From Syntrophales bacterium (lineage in GTDB: Bacteria; Desulfobacterota; Syntrophia; Syntrophales; PHBD01): a DNA stretch of 64,000 nucleotides. The notes beneath the pieces were generated by a model. The model was given only the letters and a program-made list of their open reading frames with translations, had not been told where the DNA came from and did not search any database. Location: NCBI GenBank assembly GCA_963668175.1, contig OY764159.1, positions 1,344,001 to 1,408,000 of the forward strand. Direction: 5' to 3'. The position numbers were made by a program, and so were the translations under genes. Every line of letters starts with the position of its first letter. The first letter of the stretch is position 1. This document shows, piece after piece, positions 58,254 to 64,000 of this stretch.

Positions 58254-60050
58254 ATGTCCCAAGCGACGAAAGATCCTCATAAAAAGAAACACGTCAAGGT
58301 ACGGGAAAAAAAACCGGACCTGCGCTATGCCCTTCAGGGCATCGTCGATTCCCTCATCGGCAAGGGGCTGATCGACAGGGAGGCCTTCGATGAGGCGTGG
58401 ACGGAAGCCGAGAGGGCCAGGGAGCCCCTGGAGGAGTTCCTCATCGGCCGCTTCAATATCACGAAGAATGATATCGGCGCCTTCCTGTCGGCCTTCTATA
58501 AGTGCCGCTTCGTCGACTTCGACGAAACGGTGCCCATCCCCAAGGATTTGCTTAAGAATTTGAAGTACGAATATCTCTGCCGGGAATTATGGGTCCCCAT
58601 GGGCAGGGAAAACGGAGTCATCATGGTCGTGGTGGACAATCCCGGCAATATCATCAAGCGGGACACGATAGAAAGCCTCTTAAAGACCAAATCCGTCGAA
58701 TATTGTGTGGCCCTGGCGAGCGACGTGAAGAAGATCATCAACCACTTCTTCCAGATCGACGAGTCCCTGCTACCCCAGGCGCCGCCGGAACCCGAAGCCG
58801 ACAGCGAACAGGAAGCCCCCCCCGCCGTCGATCCTTCCGTGTCGGAGTCGGACAGCGTCATCGTCGGTCTCGTGAACCGCATGATCAACGAGGCCTTCGA
58901 CCGCCGGGCCTCCGATATCCACATCGAACCGGATACGATCGACCAGCATGTGGCCGTGCGTTTCCGCATCGACGGGGAATGCATCCCCTACAAGATTTAT
59001 CCCTACGACTTCAAGGCGGCGATCGTTTCGCGCATCAAAATCATGTCCAACCTGGACATCACGGAGCGCAGGCTGCCCCAGGACGGCAAGATCAGGTTCA
59101 GGAGGCCCAACACGGAGGAGATCGAGCTCAGGGTGGCCACTGTGCCCACCCATGGGTACGTCGAGGATGTCGTCCTTCGTATCCTCACCCGGGGGAAGAT
59201 CATGACCCTGGAGGAACTGAACATGTACCCCGGGACCTACGAGGCCGTCCTCAAAGTCCTGAAAAACCCGTACGGGCTCTTCCTGATCGTCGGTCCGACG
59301 GGTTCGGGAAAGACGACGACGGCCCATGCGGCCCTCCATGTACTGAACAAGCCGAATACCAAGATATGGACGGCGGAGGACCCCGTCGAAATTACCCAGC
59401 AGGGTATCCGCCAGGTGCAGGTCCATCACAAGATCGGCTTCGATTTCAGCCACGCCATGCGGGCCTTCCTCCGGTCCGATCCCGATATCATCCTGGTAGG
59501 GGAGATGCGCGACTACGAGACGGCCAAGATGGGGGTCGAGGCGTCCACGACGGGCCATCTCGTTCTCTCCACCCTCCATACGAACAATGCGCCGGAGACG
59601 ATCGTGAGACTGCTCGATATGGGCATCGACCCCTTCGCCTTCGCCGACTCGCTCCTGTGCGTCCTGGCCCAGCGCCTCACCCGGAAGCTCTGTCCCAACT
59701 GCAAGGAGCCGTACCATCCTTCCCGCGCGGAATTCGACGAGATCGTCCGGAGCTACGGCGAGAAGCTTTTCGCCGAAACGAAGATCGTCTACGGCAACGA
59801 TCTCACCCTTTACCGGGCCCGGGGATGCCACGACTGCACTCAGACAGGGTTCCGGGGCATGATGGGCATTTTCGAGCTCCTCGTCGTCACGGAAAACATC
59901 AAGCAGATGATCATCAACAAGAAATCGATCCCCGCCATCAGGAGAACGGCAACCGTCGAAGGGATGAGGACGCTGCTGCAGGACGGCATTTCCAAGGTCC
60001 TGGCGGGCGAGACGGAACTGGTCGAGGTATTGAGCGTCTGCATGCGGTGA
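58254..60050 (+). CDS. GspE/PilB-family secretion/pilus assembly ATPase
   Basis: ASDIHIEP, RRLPQDG, GPTGSGKTT, EDPVE, DPDIILVGEMRD, STLHTN, CxxC zinc motifs. Confidence 0.92.
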   Translation: MSQATKDPHKKKHVKVREKKPDLRYALQGIVDSLIGKGLIDREAFDEAWTEAERAREPLEEFLIGRFNITKNDIGAFLSAFYKCRFVDFDETVPIPKDLLKNLKYEYLCRELWVPMGRENGVIMVVVDNPGNIIKRDTIESLLKTKSVEYCVALASDVKKIINHFFQIDESLLPQAPPEPEADSEQEAPPAVDPSVSESDSVIVGLVNRMINEAFDRRASDIHIEPDTIDQHVAVRFRIDGECIPYKIYPYDFKAAIVSRIKIMSNLDITERRLPQDGKIRFRRPNTEEIELRVATVPTHGYVEDVVLRILTRGKIMTLEELNMYPGTYEAVLKVLKNPYGLFLIVGPTGSGKTTTAHAALHVLNKPNTKIWTAEDPVEITQQGIRQVQVHHKIGFDFSHAMRAFLRSDPDIILVGEMRDYETAKMGVEASTTGHLVLSTLHTNNAPETIVRLLDMGIDPFAFADSLLCVLAQRLTRKLCPNCKEPYHPSRAEFDEIVRSYGEKLFAETKIVYGNDLTLYRARGCHDCTQTGFRGMMGIFELLVVTENIKQMIINKKSIPAIRRTATVEGMRTLLQDGISKVLAGETELVEVLSVCMR

Positions 60051-60090
60051 CGGCGAACGGCCGCCTTGACCGCCGTCGGGGCTTCTGCCC

Positions 60091-60612
60091 TCACCGCGCG
60101 GCCCGGCCGCTCCTGTAGGCGCGGACACGCGCAAGAAACGCTTTCCGTATATCCCGGTTGTGAAGCCGCTTGTCCTCTTCCGTGGGCAGGTCCGGGAAGG
60201 CCCGCATCAGTGTTGCGGCGAAGAAGCCTGCGCTTGCCCCGACGACAATTCCCTCCAGGTCGTAAACCTTGACGCCCGCCATGCCTGAACTGGGAGACCT
60301 GCTCTTGAAGATGAAGCCGCAGAGGTTTTCTTCCTTCATGGCGGCGAGGCGTCCCGCCGCCCATGCAAGCATCCCTTCCGTATGGTCGGCGCCGGTGGCG
60401 ATGACGACGAGACGGGGGGCCGCCGCGTCGCCGGTGAGGTGCATGGCTTCCCGCGGCACAGGAAGCCCGCATTCCACTTCCGGGCAGACAGGGACCCATT
60501 CGCAGCAAGGGTTCAGGGCCTCAATCAACTCCCGGTCGTATCTGTGGCCGCCGTCGTACCGGACGTTTCGTCCCAGAAGACAGGCGCTGATGCCTATTTT
60601 GTAACGCTCCAC
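60091..60612 (-). CDS. DUF523 family protein (TudS/2-thiouracil desulfidase-like domain)
   Basis: GISACLLG..VRYDG, VCPEVECGL, KSRSPSSG; GTG start after AGGAGG. Confidence 0.85.
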   Translation of the reverse strand: MERYKIGISACLLGRNVRYDGGHRYDRELIEALNPCCEWVPVCPEVECGLPVPREAMHLTGDAAAPRLVVIATGADHTEGMLAWAAGRLAAMKEENLCGFIFKSRSPSSGMAGVKVYDLEGIVVGASAGFFAATLMRAFPDLPTEEDKRLHNRDIRKAFLARVRAYRSGRAAR

Positions 60613-60938
60613 AAACGGCCTCCTGCGGTTGAAATAACGGTAAATCGATGATCCGATCATCGGCGAGCCGTGAGCGCGTGTCAATAAATATTTGCCGCAC
60701 CCGCCGCCTTCACGCCGGGCTGTTCCAATTCCTGAACCGAACAACAGGTAACGCCGTCCGGAAGATGGCGTCCGTGAGGGGCTTGAGAAAAAGTGTCCGA
60801 ACGGCGGGAATGTCCCTCCGGAAAAGGCGCCTGGGTCAGAAGAGGCCGCCCATATCTGATTGACCATCCCGGAGGAAGTGTGATAAAAGCATAAGCGTTT
60901 GATTGATTTGAAATAAATCGAATTGATGGGGAGGAGCG

Positions 60939-61595
60939 ATGATCGATTTTCACATCCACAGCCTCTTTTCCGACGGCGAACTGATCCCGGCGGAACTGGT
61001 CCGGCGGGCCGCCGTCCGGGGTTATGAAGCCATGGCGATTACCGATCACGGCGATATGTCCAATATCGACTTTATCATACCGCGGGTGGTCCAGGCCTGC
61101 CGCGCCCTCTCCGAGGCAAACGGCATACGTGTCATTCCCGGCATCGAACTGACGCATGTCCCCCCGAAGCAGATTGCCGAATTGGCCCGGGAAGCCCGGC
61201 GGCTCGGGGCCCGGATTGTCGTCGTCCACGGCGAAACCCTGGTGGAGCCGGTCGTACCGGGGACCAATACGGCAGCCCTTAAAGCCGAAGTCGATATCCT
61301 TGCCCATCCGGGGTTGATTTCCGAGGACGATGCGAAGCTTGCGAAAAAAAACGGTATCTTTCTCGAGATAACAGCGAGAAAAGGACACAGCCTGACCAAC
61401 GGCCATGTGGTTAAAATGGCGCGCAAATTCAAGGTCCCTATGGTCCTGAATACGGACAGCCACGCCCCCGGCGATCTTATCGACGACGCCATGGCGGAGG
61501 CGATCATCAGGGGCGCCGGTTTGGATGAAAAGGAAACGGAAACGGTTTTGGAGAACGCCAGGAAGCTGGCGGACAGGATCTGGGCCGGTAAGTGA
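60939..61595 (+). CDS. PHP-domain phosphoesterase
   Basis: DFHIHSLFSDG, AITDH, ELTH, HGET, LAHPG, NTDSH. Confidence 0.88.
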   Translation: MIDFHIHSLFSDGELIPAELVRRAAVRGYEAMAITDHGDMSNIDFIIPRVVQACRALSEANGIRVIPGIELTHVPPKQIAELAREARRLGARIVVVHGETLVEPVVPGTNTAALKAEVDILAHPGLISEDDAKLAKKNGIFLEITARKGHSLTNGHVVKMARKFKVPMVLNTDSHAPGDLIDDAMAEAIIRGAGLDEKETETVLENARKLADRIWAGK

Positions 61596-62875
61596 TGAAA
61601 CGTCAGCTGTACCCTGCCGCACGCACGGGGAATGAACGCAGGGATTCCCTGAAAATCTGCCTCCTGACCTACCGAGGAAACCCGACCTGCGGCGGCCAGG
61701 GCGTCTATATCAACTATCTGAGCCGGGCCCTCAGGGATTTGGGCCATGAGGTGGATGTCGTTTCGGGGCCGCCTTATCCGGAGCTCGCCGCCGATATCGC
61801 GCTCCATAAGCTTCCCGGCCTCGATCTGTACAATCCGGAACATCTGTTCAAACCGGAGCGATTCCGGGATCTGGCCTATCCCATCAACCAGTACGAGTTC
61901 CTCAGCATGTCCCTGGGCGGGTTTCCCGAACCCCTGACTTTCGGGCTCCGGACCTTCCGTCTCTTCCGTACGAACAGGCCGGCATACGACATCGTCCACG
62001 ACAACCAGTGCCTTTCCTACGGCCTTTTGGGGCTGCCCCGCATCGGCTTCCCCACGGTCGCGACGATCCACCACCCGATCTCCGTCGACCGGGCCACGGA
62101 AATGGCCGAGGCGGATACGTGGCGGAAGAAGCTCAAGATCATGCGCTGGTATTCGTTCCTCGGCATGCAGCGGCGCGTGTCCCGCCGCCTCTCCCGGATC
62201 ATCACCGTCTCGGAATGCTCCAAGCGGGACATCGGCGAGGCCTACCGCGTCTCCCCGGACAAGTTCCGGGTCGTGCCGAACGGTATCAATACAGACTATT
62301 TCTATCCCCTGCCGGAGGTGCGCCGGGACGAGGACCATCTCCTCGTGACGAACAGTGCCGATACGCCCCTCAAGGGTCTCAGATACCTGCTGGAGGCGGT
62401 GGCGGCGATCAGGAAGAAGAGGGCGGTCCGGCTCACGGTGATCGGCGAGCCCAAGCCGGACGGCCCGGTTGCCCGTCTGGTCGAACGGCTGGGGCTGAGC
62501 GGGGTCGTACGGTTTGCCGGCCGCATCGCCTACGAAGACTTTGCCCGCTATTATGCCGAAGCGACGCTGGCCGTGATTCCGTCCCTGTACGAAGGCTTCG
62601 GGATGCCCGCCGGCGAAGCAATGGCCTGTGGCATTCCCGTGATCAGCACCACCGGCGGCGCCCTGCCCGAAGTCGTCGGCGACGCGGGCGTTCTTGTGCC
62701 GCCCGGAGATGCGGGGGCCCTGGAGTCGGCGATAGTCGCCCTCCTCGATGATCCGGACCGGAGGCGGCGCCTCGGCGAGGCCGGGCTGGCCCGGGTCCAC
62801 GATTCCCTAACGTGGCGCCATGCGGCGCAAAAAACCGTGGATGTTTACCGGGAGGCGATCAATGCTCACCGTTGA
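61592..62875 (+). CDS. Glycosyltransferase family 4 protein
   Basis: GGQGVY, HDNQCL, TIHHP, PSLYEGFGMPAGEAMACG. Confidence 0.9.
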   Translation: MMKRQLYPAARTGNERRDSLKICLLTYRGNPTCGGQGVYINYLSRALRDLGHEVDVVSGPPYPELAADIALHKLPGLDLYNPEHLFKPERFRDLAYPINQYEFLSMSLGGFPEPLTFGLRTFRLFRTNRPAYDIVHDNQCLSYGLLGLPRIGFPTVATIHHPISVDRATEMAEADTWRKKLKIMRWYSFLGMQRRVSRRLSRIITVSECSKRDIGEAYRVSPDKFRVVPNGINTDYFYPLPEVRRDEDHLLVTNSADTPLKGLRYLLEAVAAIRKKRAVRLTVIGEPKPDGPVARLVERLGLSGVVRFAGRIAYEDFARYYAEATLAVIPSLYEGFGMPAGEAMACGIPVISTTGGALPEVVGDAGVLVPPGDAGALESAIVALLDDPDRRRRLGEAGLARVHDSLTWRHAAQKTVDVYREAINAHR

Positions 62876-63563
62876 TTTCGACAGGCTCGCCATCCGTCCG
62901 GGCATGAAGGTTCTCGATGCGGGCTGCGGCTCGGGCCGCCATGTCGGAACGGTTTACCGTCAGGACGGCATCGACGTTGCGGGCGTCGATCTCAACGAAG
63001 AGGATCTGGTGAAGGCGCGCTTCACGCTGAAGCTGACCGAAGGGCCGCGAAGCGGCTCGTGGACGGTCGCCAAAGCGGACGTAACAGGACTTCCCTTCCG
63101 GGACGAGGCCTTCGACCTCGTCATCTGTTCCGAGGTCCTGGAGCATATACACGATAACCGAGCTGCGGTCAGGGAGCTCTTCCGGGTCCTTAGGCCCGGC
63201 GGGAATCTCGTCGTCAGCGTCCCCCGCTTCTTCCCGGAGCGTATCTGCTGGGCCCTCTCCGACGGCTACAGCCGCGAACCCGGCGGCCACATCCGGATAT
63301 ACCGCAAGAAGGAACTTCTGGGCCTCCTGACGGACGGAGGCGGCCGCTGCACGGCCATCGCTTACAAGCACGGGCTCCATGCCCCTTACTGGTGGCTCAA
63401 GTGCCTCGTCGGTTATAAAAGGGAAGACTCCCTGCCGGTCAACCTCTATAAGAAATTTCTCGAGTGGGATATCATCAAACGTCCATACTTCACGCGGATT
63501 CTCGAAAGCCTCCTGAACCCGTTCATCGCCAAGAGCGTCGTCTTCTATCTGAGAAAGGGATAA
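62862..63563 (+). CDS. Class I SAM-dependent methyltransferase
   Basis: MLTVDF, LDAGCGSGRH, SEVLEH, GGHIRIY, HAPYWWLKC. Confidence 0.88.
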   Translation: MLTVDFDRLAIRPGMKVLDAGCGSGRHVGTVYRQDGIDVAGVDLNEEDLVKARFTLKLTEGPRSGSWTVAKADVTGLPFRDEAFDLVICSEVLEHIHDNRAAVRELFRVLRPGGNLVVSVPRFFPERICWALSDGYSREPGGHIRIYRKKELLGLLTDGGGRCTAIAYKHGLHAPYWWLKCLVGYKREDSLPVNLYKKFLEWDIIKRPYFTRILESLLNPFIAKSVVFYLRKG

Positions 63564-63569
63564 TACCGC

Positions 63570-64000
63570 ATGGAACTGAATATTTCGCGAAGCTCAAGCG
63601 CCCCGGTCATCGACGTGGAGGCCGTCGCCTCCTTCATCGCCGGCATCCAGAGGGAAGACGGGCAGATTCCGTGGTCCGAAGAGGGCAAGACCGACCCATG
63701 GGACCACGTGGAGTCGGCCATGGGCCTGAGTGTGGCGGGATACCGGGCTGAAGCCGAGCGGGCCTACGGCTGGATGGCGGCAACCCAGTTGGAAGACGGA
63801 AGCTGGTGGGCGGCTCTCAAGGACAATGTCACCGTCGACAAGACCAAGGACGCGAATTTCTCGTCCTATATCGCCGTCGGCGTTTTCCATCACTACCTGA
63901 TCACCGGCGACGGCCCCTTCCTGAAAGCGATGTGGCCGACCGTCCGGAAAGGGATCGACTATGCGCTCCGCCTCCAGGCGCCGGGCGGAGAAGTCTACTG
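63570..64000 (+). CDS. 5' part of a prenyltransferase/squalene-oxidase-repeat-like (alpha/alpha toroid) protein
   Basis: ATG 63570, open to the window end: IQREDGQIPW..DPWDHVESAMGL..QLEDGSW..YIAVGVFHHYL; missing from the ORF track because it has no stop here. Confidence 0.7.
   Translation, partial: MELNISRSSSAPVIDVEAVASFIAGIQREDGQIPWSEEGKTDPWDHVESAMGLSVAGYRAEAERAYGWMAATQLEDGSWWAALKDNVTVDKTKDANFSSYIAVGVFHHYLITGDGPFLKAMWPTVRKGIDYALRLQAPGGEVY

Overview
GC-rich chromosomal window from an anaerobe. Gene content suggests a Desulfobacterota / Syntrophales-like deltaproteobacterium (inference). The core (about 10.6-49 kb) is a metal-dependent energy-conservation region. It holds a NikR-controlled NikMNQO nickel transporter, modBC, two selenocysteine (UGA) formate dehydrogenase-N type operons that point away from each other, and between them a membrane-bound [NiFe] hydrogenase (hydABC) with a complete hyp set. 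These are followed by three exported thioredoxin-fold proteins, system II cytochrome c biogenesis (resBC) and an NrfD-NrfC-multiheme cytochrome operon. The best finding is in that last operon: the ORF track splits the cytochrome in two (46629-47891, 47970-48950), but the halves are in frame across one TGA followed by a perfect SECIS-like hairpin. This predicts a single 773-aa, 23-heme selenoprotein with four c7-type triheme 'wire' domains. Other signals: a pan-motif-like RNA plus terminator before panG/panB, NikR-type direct repeats, a recurring ModE-type palindrome in four promoter regions, a 931-bp inverted repeat shared by the two fdn operons, a 1-nt frameshift in one fdnG, and a small RAPP-ending ORF. 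The flanks hold housekeeping genes, an arn (L-Ara4N) operon, a lone PilB/GspE ATPase and a glycosyltransferase / methyltransferase / prenyltransferase-like triad. No rRNA, tRNA, CRISPR array or transposase was seen. All calls come from reading the sequence by eye; no searches were run.
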